From NCBI GenBank assembly GCA_049970055.1, contig JBMFNR010000003.1, forward strand, positions 1 to 64,000: a stretch of 64,000 nucleotides of DNA, read 5' to 3'. Of this stretch, positions 1 to 10,608 are shown piece by piece. Under the pieces are notes generated by a model. The model made no database searches, had not been told where the DNA came from, and saw nothing but the letters and a program-made list of their open reading frames with translations. Within the stretch, counting starts at the first letter, position 1. Each line of letters begins with the position of its first letter. A program made the translations under genes and the position numbers. This DNA is from Fervidobacterium sp. (GTDB lineage Bacteria; Thermotogota; Thermotogae; Thermotogales; Fervidobacteriaceae).

Positions 1-285
1 AGGTGCTCTTGAACTAAATAAAACTGTTCCCTTTGGCAGTAATCTAGCACTTGAGTTTTCAAGCCCTTCCATAGTAATAGAACGTTCACCTTTATATATA
101 TATCTTTCATTATAACCTGATAAATCTTTGGGAGTAATCCAGCTAATATCTCCATCCCAATATTTATATTCCTTTGTGTTAGGTGTTCCTCCACCAACTA
201 CTTTCCCAATTTCTCCAATTGCTTTTATATCCCAATCCATTGGAATTAATCCTAATTCTGTCTCTCTCCACTTATTACAACTCAT
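1..285 (-). CDS. hsdS: Type I R-M specificity subunit HsdS, N-terminal part (runs off the window edge)
   Basis: Manual translation from ATG at 285: [18 protein letters not shown]...[27 protein letters not shown]...[18 protein letters not shown], typical HsdS motifs; start overlaps the hsdM stop. Confidence 0.92.
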   Translation of the reverse strand, partial: MSCNKWRETELGLIPMDWDIKAIGEIGKVVGGGTPNTKEYKYWDGDISWITPKDLSGYNERYIYKGERSITMEGLENSSARLLPKGTVLFSSRAP

Positions 286-1792
286 ATCCTAACCCCCTCA
301 AGTTCTTCTTTATCTCCTCCTCAAGGTGTCTTGATTTAGCAAATAGCTCTGATAGTTCACTTGTTAAGTTCTCCATCTTCTCTTCAAAATCTATTCCATC
401 ATCTTCAACTTCTTCTATTCCTACATATCTTCCAGGAGTTAGAATATATTCATGCTCACGTATTTCATCTATTGTTACTGCTTTACAAAAGCCTTTTATG
501 TCTTCATATTGTCCATCTTTGTTTCGCCAATTATGATATGTTTCTGAAATTCTTTTTATGTCTTCATCTGATAGTTCCCTATGCCTTCTGTCTACAAGCT
601 GACCAAGTTTTCTTGCATCTATGAATAAAAACTCATGTCTTCTGCTTCTGTATTTTGGATTATTTCCTTTATTCCTATTTAATATCCAAAGGCATGCTGG
701 AATTGCTGTTGTATAAAATAATTTATCAGGAAGTGCCACTATACAATCAACAACATCTTCTTCTATTAAATTTTTTCTTATTTCTCCTTCATTAGACGTA
801 TTTGAGCTTAATGAACCATTAGCAAGCACCACTCCTGCAACTCCATTTGGTGCTAAGTGAAATATTATATGTTGTAGCCATGCATAGTTTGCATTTCCTA
901 CTGGAGGAATACCATATTTCCATCGTGCATCTTCTGTCAGTTTCTCGCCGCCCCATTCACTAATATTAAAAGGAGGGTTTGCTAAAATATAATCTGCTTT
1001 TAAATTTTTATGCAAATCATTATGGAATGTATCGGCATTATGTGGTCCTAAATCGCCATCAAGGCCATGTATGGCAAGATTCATCTTACAAAGTTTCCAT
1101 GTTGTTGGATTTAGCTCTTGACCATAAATTGATATATCTTCAATCTTTCCCTGATGCTCTTCAAGAAACCTTTCACTTTGTATAAACATACCACCACTGC
1201 CACAGCATGGGTCATATATTCTTCCTTTATAAGGCTCAATCATTTCAACTAATGTTTTAACAACACTTTTAGGTGTATAGAATTCGCCTCCGCCTTTACC
1301 TTCCTTTTCAGCAAACTTATTTAAGAAATATTCATATACTCTTCCTAAAATATCCTTTTGTCCATCTTGATAAAGCTTAATATTTGAAATAACATCTATT
1401 AATTCTCCAAGCCTTCTTTTATCAAGTTCTGGTCTTGCATATCTTTTATCTAATACACCTTTTAAGCTTGGATTTTCCTTTTCTATTAAAAGCATGGCAT
1501 CATCTATTATTTGTCCTATCTTTGGATCTTTAGCTGAGTTCTTTATATTTTCCCATCTTGCCTCTTTTGGAACCCAAAATATATTTTCTGCTTCATATTC
1601 ATCTCTATCTTCTTCAAAACCTTCGCCTTCTTCAAGAAGCTGATTATACTTGTTTTCAAATCTATCAGATATATATTTTAAAAACAATAGTCCTAAAACT
1701 ACATGCTTATATTCTGCTGCATCCATACTACCTCTTAATATATCTGCCGCTTTCCAAAGTTGTTCTTCAAAACCTACATTTGCTGTTGACAT
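275..1792 (-). CDS. hsdM: Type I R-M N6-adenine DNA methyltransferase HsdM
   Basis: [11 protein letters not shown]-terminus, [14 protein letters not shown] (motif I), NPPF (motif IV); GGAGG RBS. Confidence 0.96.
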   Translation of the reverse strand: MSTANVGFEEQLWKAADILRGSMDAAEYKHVVLGLLFLKYISDRFENKYNQLLEEGEGFEEDRDEYEAENIFWVPKEARWENIKNSAKDPKIGQIIDDAMLLIEKENPSLKGVLDKRYARPELDKRRLGELIDVISNIKLYQDGQKDILGRVYEYFLNKFAEKEGKGGGEFYTPKSVVKTLVEMIEPYKGRIYDPCCGSGGMFIQSERFLEEHQGKIEDISIYGQELNPTTWKLCKMNLAIHGLDGDLGPHNADTFHNDLHKNLKADYILANPPFNISEWGGEKLTEDARWKYGIPPVGNANYAWLQHIIFHLAPNGVAGVVLANGSLSSNTSNEGEIRKNLIEEDVVDCIVALPDKLFYTTAIPACLWILNRNKGNNPKYRSRRHEFLFIDARKLGQLVDRRHRELSDEDIKRISETYHNWRNKDGQYEDIKGFCKAVTIDEIREHEYILTPGRYVGIEEVEDDGIDFEEKMENLTSELSELFAKSRHLEEEIKKNLRGLGYEL

Positions 1793-1935
1793 TTTCCTGC
1801 CTCCTTAAACTAATTCTTTCAATATTTTAATATTTCTACATTAAAGTTTATTTTCCTTCAATTTTTTCAAAAAACATAAAATGACAGGCACTCTAACCAA
1901 ATACCCGCCCCAACTATTGACTAAGAGCCAAAGCG

Positions 1936-1961
1936 AAAAAAGCCCTGATTTCTCAAGGCTT
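1936..1961 (-). terminator. Intrinsic terminator downstream of tRNA-Ala
   Basis: Minus strand AAGCCTTGA-GAAA-TCAGGGCTT followed by TTTT. Confidence 0.7.
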
Positions 1962-1992
1962 CTATTTATCGTATCAATGGAACGTTCAAATA

Positions 1993-2068
1993 TGGTGGAG
2001 CCGATGGGATTTGAACCCACGGCCTCTACCGTGCGAAGGTAGCGCTCTCCCAACTGAGCTACGGCCCC
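1993..2068 (-). tRNA. tRNA-Ala, anticodon CGC
   Basis: GGGGCCGTAGCTCAGTTGGGAGAGCGCTACCTTCGCACGGTAGAGGCCGTGGGTTCAAATCCCATCGGCTCCACCA: cloverleaf, G3:U70 pair, encoded CCA. Confidence 0.97.
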
Positions 2069-2098
2069 ACTTTAATTTTCTTAGGTTTTACGTTAAAA

Positions 2099-2127
2099 AT
2101 TCTATCATATACTTTAATTTTTATCAA
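2099..2127 (-). promoter_or_regulatory. Sigma70-type promoter for tRNA-Ala
   Basis: TTGATA-17 nt-TAGAAT with extended TG on the minus strand. Confidence 0.6.
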
Positions 2128-2234
2128 GGGGGTAAGTAGTTTTCTCCTTTTGTAGTTTGTAGTATAATATTAGTAGTATAATATTATTGGAAATATTTAG
2201 CAAAAGTGAAAAAAGCATTTTTCTTATATAAAGA

Positions 2235-4253
2235 TTGGAGGGACAAAGTAAGGTGAAACGAAAAAATGCAAGTTTGGTAGCTTCAATTGTAAGTGTTGTG
2301 GTCATAATTACCGTTGTGTTCATATTAACAGGTCTCGTGATTTTGCAGAGCAAAATTCGATTAATTGAAAAAACTTTCAGTGGTTTCAAAGTACTTTCAA
2401 TCAAGGAAACTTTTGAAAAAGCTTTGGGTAATTCAACAGTTAGTGTAGGTTTATTTGGAAATCCACGGATCATGGGGCTTGATGAAATGAAGAATAAATA
2501 CATGATAGAGGTTTTTAATACCGGTAATATGATTATTTACATTAATGGCTCCAAGGTTGAAGATTCTGAGCAAGCATACAAAAAACTTTACACAAAAGCA
2601 CTTTACAACCTTCTATTTGAAATTCGACCTGATGATTACGAACAGAGTGATCCCAAGAAACTTTTTAACTATATCTCTGTAACTGGATACGAATACGTCA
2701 ACACGGGAGGAAAAGAATTCTTGGTATTATCGGGAAGTAATAGTAATTCCCAAAATGTACAGGTTTGGACTAAATTCCGTAGAACTGAGGGTAACGTTAG
2801 AGTTTCTATTGAAAAAGTGATCATCGACGGAAAAGAATTGTCGTTGACTGAGATGAGAGTTTTACTTAGCAACGTGTATAACGTTGAAAAACGGGGTATA
2901 AAGGATAACCTTGTAGAGCTTATAAAAGGGGGAAGTATCAAGGAATTTCCTGGTGTTAGTGTATCAGATATTTTAGAAAAGCTTAAAAACCCAAGATGGA
3001 CAATAAAAAACGAAGCTGAGAATACCGTTGAGTTTAACGGAGTTACTGAACTTGACGGAAAAGAATCAGTGGTAACTGTTGGTTTGGCGTTAGCTAACGA
3101 TGGAAGTGTAACTATAACTTATATCTTAGTTGACGGAAACGAAATACCAACAAATAAAATTGTAGATATGACTAGGTACATATATGCAAAATATGGGTAC
3201 GATTTGCGTGCGGAATTTGAAGGATTAAAGCAGAAGATATTAAATGCGCAAGTGCCGAATTACGATAAAACGTTTGGAAAATTGTTTGAAAATGCTTGTG
3301 AAAAAACAGAATGGAATTATTCATGTACTTCCAATGGTATAAGATTAACAATTTTAGGAACAACAAAGTTGAACAAAAACGTTTTTTCCTTATCTTTCCT
3401 TTCATCCTCTGAAGGATTATTCTTAGTTAGTGGTTCAATCAACAACAACAATGTCACTCCAAACGAAGTGATAAATATGTTAACAAGTACAGATAGAGTT
3501 ATTGGTACGTCTCAGGAAGGAACTTCTATTGGTACTACAAATGCTGATACTAAGCAAAGATCTGATAACTTAATTACCTTAGTTCAGAGTTCATTGATTG
3601 TTAGTGGAACACCTTACAAGGATAACAAAACAGCGTTTGAAAGTTTCTTAAGAAATGCAACTTGGTCGTATGATAGCGTGAATGACAAAGTCACGCTCTC
3701 AGGTACAGGTTTATACGTAGGAAGAAGTTGGCAACTTAAGTTTATATTCGAAATACTGTTGGGGAATAAAGCTTTGCTACAAGATGTGTACATGAACAAT
3801 TCAAAAGCCATTGATGAAGTTACAGATTACATGATAGGAAAAATTTTCAAGGTAGATCTATTAACTAAAGGAATAGTCGAACTTGTTAAAAATTCCATGT
3901 TCTCAACGAGAAAATACTCTGATTTTCTTGGTGACGAAGGCTGGTTGATAGATAAGGACACCGATACTGTCGTTTTTTCTAATGGAAGGCTTCACATAAA
4001 ATTTGCCGTAGAGCCGGGAGGAGATGTAAAAGTTGTGAAACTTACATACAATGGTAGTGATTACACAACGAAAAAAGATGAATTATTAGCTGCTCTAGAA
4101 AAGGGGCAGAGTCTTGACGTAATACTATCGCCAAACATATCAATTCCAGCAGAAAAGAAAACACCGACAACAACACAAACAGATAGTGCGCCAACAGATA
4201 CGCAAAAAGGCAATGATGAAAACAGTAAACAACTTCAACCTTACCAATTCTAG
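2235..4253 (+). CDS. Single-pass membrane protein with tandem ~100-aa alpha/beta repeats, function unknown
   Basis: 672-aa ORF, N-terminal TM helix, recurring L(V/I)xL(V/I)K...F...W...V.F.G pattern, T/P-rich tail; exact start uncertain. Confidence 0.85.
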   Translation: MEGQSKVKRKNASLVASIVSVVVIITVVFILTGLVILQSKIRLIEKTFSGFKVLSIKETFEKALGNSTVSVGLFGNPRIMGLDEMKNKYMIEVFNTGNMIIYINGSKVEDSEQAYKKLYTKALYNLLFEIRPDDYEQSDPKKLFNYISVTGYEYVNTGGKEFLVLSGSNSNSQNVQVWTKFRRTEGNVRVSIEKVIIDGKELSLTEMRVLLSNVYNVEKRGIKDNLVELIKGGSIKEFPGVSVSDILEKLKNPRWTIKNEAENTVEFNGVTELDGKESVVTVGLALANDGSVTITYILVDGNEIPTNKIVDMTRYIYAKYGYDLRAEFEGLKQKILNAQVPNYDKTFGKLFENACEKTEWNYSCTSNGIRLTILGTTKLNKNVFSLSFLSSSEGLFLVSGSINNNNVTPNEVINMLTSTDRVIGTSQEGTSIGTTNADTKQRSDNLITLVQSSLIVSGTPYKDNKTAFESFLRNATWSYDSVNDKVTLSGTGLYVGRSWQLKFIFEILLGNKALLQDVYMNNSKAIDEVTDYMIGKIFKVDLLTKGIVELVKNSMFSTRKYSDFLGDEGWLIDKDTDTVVFSNGRLHIKFAVEPGGDVKVVKLTYNGSDYTTKKDELLAALEKGQSLDVILSPNISIPAEKKTPTTTQTDSAPTDTQKGNDENSKQLQPYQF

Positions 4254-4271
4254 ATCGTGAGGAGGGCTCAA

Positions 4272-5207
4272 ATGACCTTATTAATATATCCAGTAATATC
4301 TTTTCTGCTGAGTGTTTTAACGATACCAATTTTCGGTAAGTTAGCGTATAGATACGGGATAGTAGACAAGCCAAATGGAGAGCTAAAACCACACGAGAAA
4401 ATTACTCCTTATCTTGGTGGTATAGCTATTTATCTTGCGGTTATTCTGGTAACACCTTTTGAAATTATTAGTAAAGCATCGCTGACCTTGCTGATGTTAA
4501 CTGGGCTAATTGACGATGTCAAAAATCTCAGTCCAAAAACAAGATTGATAATCGAATTTATTGTTGCATCTTTGCTTACCTATAAGTACATTGGTATATC
4601 TTGGCTCTCTTTAGCTTACATATTCGTTTCGGTGGTGCTTATTAACGCGGTCAATATGATGGATGGTATGGATGGTGTCTGCGCAGGTGTATCTATCGTT
4701 TCCGCTATAGGATTATCGTTTTCCGTATCATCAAAATTCGATGCAATTTTGCTGTTATCATTAATTGGGGCACTTTTTGGTTATTTCATATACAATTTTC
4801 CGCCTGCGAGGATATTTATGGGTGACAGTGGTAGCTACTTGATAGGTGGTATTCTTTCCGTAGGTTTATTGTCGGCCTTTAGGCATGGGCCATCCCAAAT
4901 ATCTTACGTAATTTCATCATTCATCTTCACTTCTCTTTTCTTTTTTGATTTATCGTCTGGTGTTTTGCGTAGAATACTTAATCATCGCCCGCCATTTGGT
5001 GGGGATAGAGAGCATGTGTACGATAAAATATACGGAAGATTCAAAGACAAGCGAAAAACATTGTACGTTATGTTGCTGATACAAATTATCGCGTTTCTTT
5101 TTGGGTATTACACAAAATCGAATAACTTTCTCAGCATTGTTGCAATTTTGATTGTGATTGTTTTGTATAGTATCTTAGGTAAGATATTGGAAATACTCAG
5201 ATACTAA
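4272..5207 (+). CDS. WecA/TagO-like undecaprenyl-phosphate GlcNAc-1-phosphate transferase (MraY family)
   Basis: GLIDD, NAVNMMDGMDG, NFPPARIFMGDSGS, DREH motifs; ATG after GAGGAGG. Confidence 0.92.
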   Translation: MTLLIYPVISFLLSVLTIPIFGKLAYRYGIVDKPNGELKPHEKITPYLGGIAIYLAVILVTPFEIISKASLTLLMLTGLIDDVKNLSPKTRLIIEFIVASLLTYKYIGISWLSLAYIFVSVVLINAVNMMDGMDGVCAGVSIVSAIGLSFSVSSKFDAILLLSLIGALFGYFIYNFPPARIFMGDSGSYLIGGILSVGLLSAFRHGPSQISYVISSFIFTSLFFFDLSSGVLRRILNHRPPFGGDREHVYDKIYGRFKDKRKTLYVMLLIQIIAFLFGYYTKSNNFLSIVAILIVIVLYSILGKILEILRY

Positions 5208-5248
5208 AAGAAAAAGAAGAACGAGAAAAAAGAGGAGGCGGAGTTAAA

Positions 5249-8200
5249 GTGCTATCTTTTTTTGAGGAATTTGTCTGGTACACGACCATACCGTTAGTTG
5301 CGCTTTTTGCTCACAGAGAGTATACATACGAGTTCAGCACACCAAAGTATGCTATTTTAACCGTTGCAGCATTTCTGACAGGTATTTATCTTTTCTACAA
5401 GCTTTTAAAAAGTAAGCAATTCAAGTTTTTTGCAACACCTGTTCATTTTGCTTGGCTTGCTTTTTCTATCATTGCACTTTTGTCTACCTATAATACATTT
5501 GTGGATAACAGATTTTTCTTTAGACAAGCGATTGATATTGGCTTGTACTTGTTCTTGAATGTTTTGATTTCATTTTACTTTAGTTCCATTATGAACGAGA
5601 AAGATAAAATCGTTAAATTTCTTTTTGTTTTTGTTTTGACTGGTTTGTTTATTGCCATTAATGCAATTTTGAATTTTTACACTGGATACGATATCATGCT
5701 TGGACGGATAGGAGATCCATTTGAACGAGCAAGTATAAAAGCTAATATAGGTAACGTTATTTTTGTTTCCAATTATTTAAATATGCTCCTTCCGATAGCT
5801 CTTTATTTTGTGGCAAGCCTTGACGTTGGTATTATCAATTTAAAAAAGATATGGAGTATTTATCTATTCAAACTGACCGCTCTCATATCAGCAATTTTAA
5901 GCTTTGATGTTATCGTATTCTCGCAAACGCGTTCTGAATACCTTGCACTAGTTATTGAGGCAGTAGTATTGGCCTTGGTGTACTTTTTCTATTTGAAAAA
6001 GAAAGAGGATAACATTGTTCAAGAACTTATTAAAAGGGACCCCAAATTACTGAAAAAATTACTTATTTTAAGGAAAGTAGCTATCTTTAGCTTTCTTATC
6101 GCTGCGATTCTCATAGTGATTGTTTACAATGTACCCACACCTTTCAATAACTATGGTTCTTTTAACATGACAGACAGATTTAGCGCAATGGCTTCTGTCT
6201 CAAGTCGAGATGAAAGGTTTCTTTCCTGGTTTTCAACACTTTACATATGGAAAAATCATAAGATAATCGGCCAGGGTATAGGAACGTACCAAGTGTATGG
6301 TCTGTATGGCATTTCAGACTTAATCGAGGCACATCCCGAATACAACTACGGTTGGAATAATTTTAAAAGAGCACATAATGATTATTTTCAAATACTCAGT
6401 GAAACAGGAATACTCGGTTTAACAGCGATAATTGTAATGCTCATTTTACTAGTTGTATACGTTATGAAAAATGTTAAGAAAATAGCTGAAAAAGATGATG
6501 CGTTGTTATTTTTCATGCTTGTGTTGAGTGGCATTGTTTTTGCATTTCAAAGCACTTTCAGTTTCCCAGGGCATTTGCTACCTAACGCAATACTTGCAAA
6601 CTTCGTTATAAGTACTGGACTCGGTATGTACTTCAACAAAGTCAACGGAAAGGAATACATTCTACGCTTAGGGAAAGGCTTAATGCTCGCAATCTTACTT
6701 CTTAGCATAGTTGGTGCATCTATGTACCTTAGATGGAATCACTTTATATCTGAAGTATATTTTAGAAAAGGAAACGTTGCGTACAGCACTCTAAGCACAC
6801 TGAGAAACGAACTTGATAGGATAGATCAATACTTGCATCAACTCAACCAAATTGAGTCAGATTTAAACAGCTTTTCTGGACGATTTGAACAGTTGTCTCC
6901 TCAAACATGGCATGCTTTAAAGCAAGCGGAAGCCAAAAGGTTAAATGTGCCATACAACAGTTTACAAGCAGAAGCGGAAAGGCAGAAATACATTGCGGAA
7001 TTAAAGAATAAAATTCAAAGTGAGCGAGAATACTTAACTAGCCAAAAGAATATAATACCTCAGCAAATTAAAAAACAGTATGAATTGGCAAAAGATTACC
7101 TTTTAAAGAGTGTGAATTTAAATCACACATACGGAAAATCATATTTTTACCTTGCAGCACTATCTACAGATATAATAAGAATTGATGAATTAAAGCTTTT
7201 GATGAACTCAGATCCTGAAAAAGTACTGAGTCAACAAGCAGATGATTACCAAAAACTTATAAACGAAAGGTTCAAGCATCCATATTATCTACTGCTGGCA
7301 AATTATCTTAGAAAAAATCCTGATTTTATAGATAAGGTTAATATAGCTTATGCACAAGCAGTTATTGACTCCATAAGCTTGTATGAGCTATCACTTCAAA
7401 CTTTTACTGAGAGAAATACATTTAAAACACTTGCAATGCGCTATGCTTCACTTTACCAGTTTAACAAAGACTTAGTTGAAAAGTTGACTGATCCAGAACT
7501 TTCAAAAAAAATCTCAGGAAATTCACCAATTTTCTTTAACAATTACAGCACATGGGTTAGGAAAACAATAGATATAATGCCTGGTGGCTGGAATAGATTC
7601 CCAGATTGGAAAAACATCGATATTGAGCAAGCAACAACCTATGGGCAAGACATTTACAGATACTTTGCTAACATAACTACTCAATTGCTTTCCCCAATGA
7701 ATGTTGAAGCACGAGATTTACTAGTTGACTTAGCAAAAAGGGAGATTAAGACCGCTAAATACATGGAACTTAAAAATGTGTGGGGTGTGCCAGATGGCAT
7801 CTTGGATCATTTGCATGCACTTGCAAGAGAATACCAGAGTATAAATGAATACCAAGAAAGTGTATACACATACCAGCAAATTTTGGAATGGTACAAAGAA
7901 ACATACGAATACATAAAAAAGAAAATTACCAATAAATCAACATGGGATAATAAATACAATCAATTCATCGAAGAATCCAAAAACACGCTTGACAAAATCC
8001 TAGCGGATGAGGGTAAGGGTTACCTCTCAAATAGCTTGACACCAATATTCGTTAACATGCTTAGTGATGCTTATAAGGAATTTTCAGACACTGATATGAA
8101 GAGTATTGAAAAATCCTATGTGGACGAAATGTCAAGAGTACCTGCTAGCTTTTGGGTAAGTATAAGCAAGAAAAGTGTCTGGAAAACTATCGCACAGAAT

Positions 8201-8527
8201 AAAATGAACGATTTCTTGCAGCAGATAAGTGCACTACAATTATCGAATGATTCACAAACGAAAATCACAAACCTTGCAAACAAGGTTATGACCTTAAACA
8301 CAATGTTCTTACTCGAAAGATATAAACGCTTTGCAAGTCACTATGAACTCATAATCGAAGAACTGAATAATACAGTGTCGAGACTATTAGACGTGTACAA
8401 AAATACTTCAGAGGAAGAAATACTCAAAGATTGGTCAGAAGTCTCGTTCAATGCCCCTGTCTATAAAAGTAAGCAGGACGTAATAAAGTACCTTGAAATC
8501 CTAATGGCGAGTTTAACGACGAAGTAG
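5249..8527 (+). CDS. O-antigen ligase (Wzy_C/WaaL/PglL-like) family membrane protein with long helical C-terminal region
   Basis: Many TM segments, SQTRS, IIGQGIGTY, AHNDYFQILSETGILG motifs; ~600-aa helical/coiled-coil extension. Confidence 0.85.
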   Translation: MLSFFEEFVWYTTIPLVALFAHREYTYEFSTPKYAILTVAAFLTGIYLFYKLLKSKQFKFFATPVHFAWLAFSIIALLSTYNTFVDNRFFFRQAIDIGLYLFLNVLISFYFSSIMNEKDKIVKFLFVFVLTGLFIAINAILNFYTGYDIMLGRIGDPFERASIKANIGNVIFVSNYLNMLLPIALYFVASLDVGIINLKKIWSIYLFKLTALISAILSFDVIVFSQTRSEYLALVIEAVVLALVYFFYLKKKEDNIVQELIKRDPKLLKKLLILRKVAIFSFLIAAILIVIVYNVPTPFNNYGSFNMTDRFSAMASVSSRDERFLSWFSTLYIWKNHKIIGQGIGTYQVYGLYGISDLIEAHPEYNYGWNNFKRAHNDYFQILSETGILGLTAIIVMLILLVVYVMKNVKKIAEKDDALLFFMLVLSGIVFAFQSTFSFPGHLLPNAILANFVISTGLGMYFNKVNGKEYILRLGKGLMLAILLLSIVGASMYLRWNHFISEVYFRKGNVAYSTLSTLRNELDRIDQYLHQLNQIESDLNSFSGRFEQLSPQTWHALKQAEAKRLNVPYNSLQAEAERQKYIAELKNKIQSEREYLTSQKNIIPQQIKKQYELAKDYLLKSVNLNHTYGKSYFYLAALSTDIIRIDELKLLMNSDPEKVLSQQADDYQKLINERFKHPYYLLLANYLRKNPDFIDKVNIAYAQAVIDSISLYELSLQTFTERNTFKTLAMRYASLYQFNKDLVEKLTDPELSKKISGNSPIFFNNYSTWVRKTIDIMPGGWNRFPDWKNIDIEQATTYGQDIYRYFANITTQLLSPMNVEARDLLVDLAKREIKTAKYMELKNVWGVPDGILDHLHALAREYQSINEYQESVYTYQQILEWYKETYEYIKKKITNKSTWDNKYNQFIEESKNTLDKILADEGKGYLSNSLTPIFVNMLSDAYKEFSDTDMKSIEKSYVDEMSRVPASFWVSISKKSVWKTIAQNKMNDFLQQISALQLSNDSQTKITNLANKVMTLNTMFLLERYKRFASHYELIIEELNNTVSRLLDVYKNTSEEEILKDWSEVSFNAPVYKSKQDVIKYLEILMASLTTK

Positions 8528-8555
8528 AATAGTAAATCGAACACAGAAGAAGGAC

Positions 8556-8600
8556 AAAAAATACCCCTGTGTGCGCTTTGCGCATAGGGGGATTTTTCTT
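8556..8600. terminator. Bidirectional terminator between convergent genes
   Basis: CCCCTGTGTGC-GCTTT-GCGCATAGGGG hairpin with flanking A and T runs. Confidence 0.75.
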
Positions 8601-9340
8601 TAACGTGGTGATTTTCTCACCTTACTAAACAACCATTCTTTCATTTCTTCATCGTTGTATGTGGGTACCCAGGAAGCATGTGGGAAAAGTCCTATAGATT
8701 TCATAAATCCGTTGGGATATTCCGTGTACCTTACTTCTGCACCGAGTCTTTTTAGCTCTTCAACAAGTACTCTCGAATAATTCACAGGCACAATATCATC
8801 ATCTTCAGCGTGAAAAAACCACAAAGGTATATGTGCTATCTTTTTCATATTTTTGGGATTTCCACCACCGCATACGACAATACCAGCTGCGAACTTGTCT
8901 GGCTGATATGATAGTAATGCGATCGTACCAAAGCCGCCCATTGAAAGCCCTGTCACGTAAACACGATCTTTGTCAATAGGAAGATCGTCAACCAAACTGT
9001 CTATGATAAGTGAAACGACAGCAATTAGGGAATTTGGTCGCAACTTTTCCATGTCGTGGTAAAATTTAAATGAACTTCCCCAATAGCCATTTTCAGGGCA
9101 TTGGGGAGCTAAAACAAAACATGGATGTCGCTTTTGAAAATCTTCTTTCACCCATGTTGTAGCACCTTCGTTTGCTGTAATATGCTTTCTATTATCCGTT
9201 CCCCTTTCACCCGCTCCATGCAAGAAAACCACTAATGGATACTTCTCACCCGGTTTTATGTTTGGTGAAAATATCCTATAAGGCAGTCGAACAAATTCAT
9301 CTTCGTATACAAAAGGCTTAAATGATTCAAGATAATCCAT
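8600..9340 (-). CDS. Alpha/beta-hydrolase esterase (phospholipase/carboxylesterase type)
   Basis: YPLVVFLHGAGERG, GLSMGG nucleophile elbow, HAEDDDIVP, HASW. Confidence 0.88.
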   Translation of the reverse strand: MDYLESFKPFVYEDEFVRLPYRIFSPNIKPGEKYPLVVFLHGAGERGTDNRKHITANEGATTWVKEDFQKRHPCFVLAPQCPENGYWGSSFKFYHDMEKLRPNSLIAVVSLIIDSLVDDLPIDKDRVYVTGLSMGGFGTIALLSYQPDKFAAGIVVCGGGNPKNMKKIAHIPLWFFHAEDDDIVPVNYSRVLVEELKRLGAEVRYTEYPNGFMKSIGLFPHASWVPTYNDEEMKEWLFSKVRKSPR

Positions 9341-9634
9341 CTATTCACCTCCTCAGAAAAAATTATATCACAGTATTGCAAAAATTACATGTGTTAGTAG
9401 AATAAATTAGTGCATAAACTTCTCGATAAAAACACTTTTAAAAAATAGTTGAAGTCGTCCAAAAAATAAATACGTACTTATTTACTTATGTATACCTACT
9501 TTTAATTTAGCATAAGCACACACTTAGATTTTTCATATTTAGTAAATATTCTAAAGTGCATAACGATATAATATTTACTTTGTCCAAAAACTTCCAATAT
9601 ATGCATTCCATACTTACTAAGGAGGCTCTAATTT

Positions 9635-10015
9635 ATGATGTTACAAATTATTTCTGTAGGTATAGGTGGTTTAATTGGTAGTATCTTAAGGTATATCACA
9701 TCTCTGGAATTGAATAGTATGCTTTCAGAGACGTTTATTCCATTAGGTACACTATTAGTGAACGTAGTTGGAAGCTTCTTACTTGGATTTATAATGCAAA
9801 TAGCAATTCGAATGACTATGAACCCGTATTTGAAGTTGTTTTTGACAACGGGGATAATGGGAGGATTGACAACGTTTTCAACGATGAGTTATGAAACATT
9901 CGCACTTATAACGCATGCCCAGTATTTATCTGCTTTCCTAAATATTATGCTTAATGTTGTACTGGGGCTGTCTGCTAGTTTTGGAGGTAGCTTGTTAGCT
10001 ACTATTTTGCTTTAA
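9635..10015 (+). CDS. crcB: Fluoride channel Fluc/CrcB
   Basis: GSILRY, PLGTLLVNVVGSF, GGLTTFST signatures; AAGGAGG RBS. Confidence 0.95.
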   Translation: MMLQIISVGIGGLIGSILRYITSLELNSMLSETFIPLGTLLVNVVGSFLLGFIMQIAIRMTMNPYLKLFLTTGIMGGLTTFSTMSYETFALITHAQYLSAFLNIMLNVVLGLSASFGGSLLATILL

Positions 10016-10030
10016 AAAAGGGGGGAGACT

Positions 10031-10366
10031 ATGGAGGTATTCTACGGCACTTACATTCGTATATTTGTTAAAGAGAACGCTAAGTGCGAGGCACACAATA
10101 ACAAACCACTCAACAGAGTTATCTCATCTATAGCTATTGAAGAAGGAATAACAGACTTTATAGAATACAAAGCTATGGAAGGATACATATTTGATAAAAA
10201 GCTTCATACAACATTGCGAGAAATCACAGACGCACAGATGCCTATTATAATTGAGTTATTTGCAGCTGAAGAGACCGCTCAAAGGTTTCTTGAAAGGATT
10301 AAACCGTTCATGAAACAAGCGGTCATTATAATTTTTCAGGATGTCAGGGGGATGCTTTTCAGGTGA
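10031..10366 (+). CDS. DUF190-like (PII-like) protein accompanying CrcB
   Basis: IRIFVKE...HNNKPL...EGY...LHT...MPIIIE pattern; typical crcB neighbour. Confidence 0.75.
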   Translation: MEVFYGTYIRIFVKENAKCEAHNNKPLNRVISSIAIEEGITDFIEYKAMEGYIFDKKLHTTLREITDAQMPIIIELFAAEETAQRFLERIKPFMKQAVIIIFQDVRGMLFR

Positions 10367-10573
10367 ACCAATTAACATGCCAGTAAAATGACCTATAACC
10401 GCTTTTTGTAGACTTGGGTATGTTGTATTACGTCACCACTTGCCGAAAATCGTTATATCTGATTTTAGAAGGGATAATTCATAAATTCGGGTGTGTAATG
10501 GCTCTAGGATGTGGCAAATCAGCCACACCTATTATAAATAAAGGATTTTTTTAACATGTGTGTGCTTTTAAAG

Positions 10574-10608
10574 AAATGCAATATAAGAAACATTATATTG
10601 CATTTTTT
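10574..10608. other. Perfect 13-bp inverted repeat, possible terminator or operator
   Basis: AAATGCAATATAA-GAAACA-TTATATTGCATTT followed by T run. Confidence 0.5.

Noticed and set aside
1841..2053. 70-aa ORF overlapping the tRNA
   Set aside because: Shadow ORF reading through the tRNA and its terminator
10375..10460. Minus-strand GGCAAG...GGTGACGTAAT...GTCTAC resembling a c-di-GMP-I riboswitch
   Set aside because: Core GGCAAA/GACGCAAA and stems match poorly and there is no downstream gene; a cmsearch would settle it
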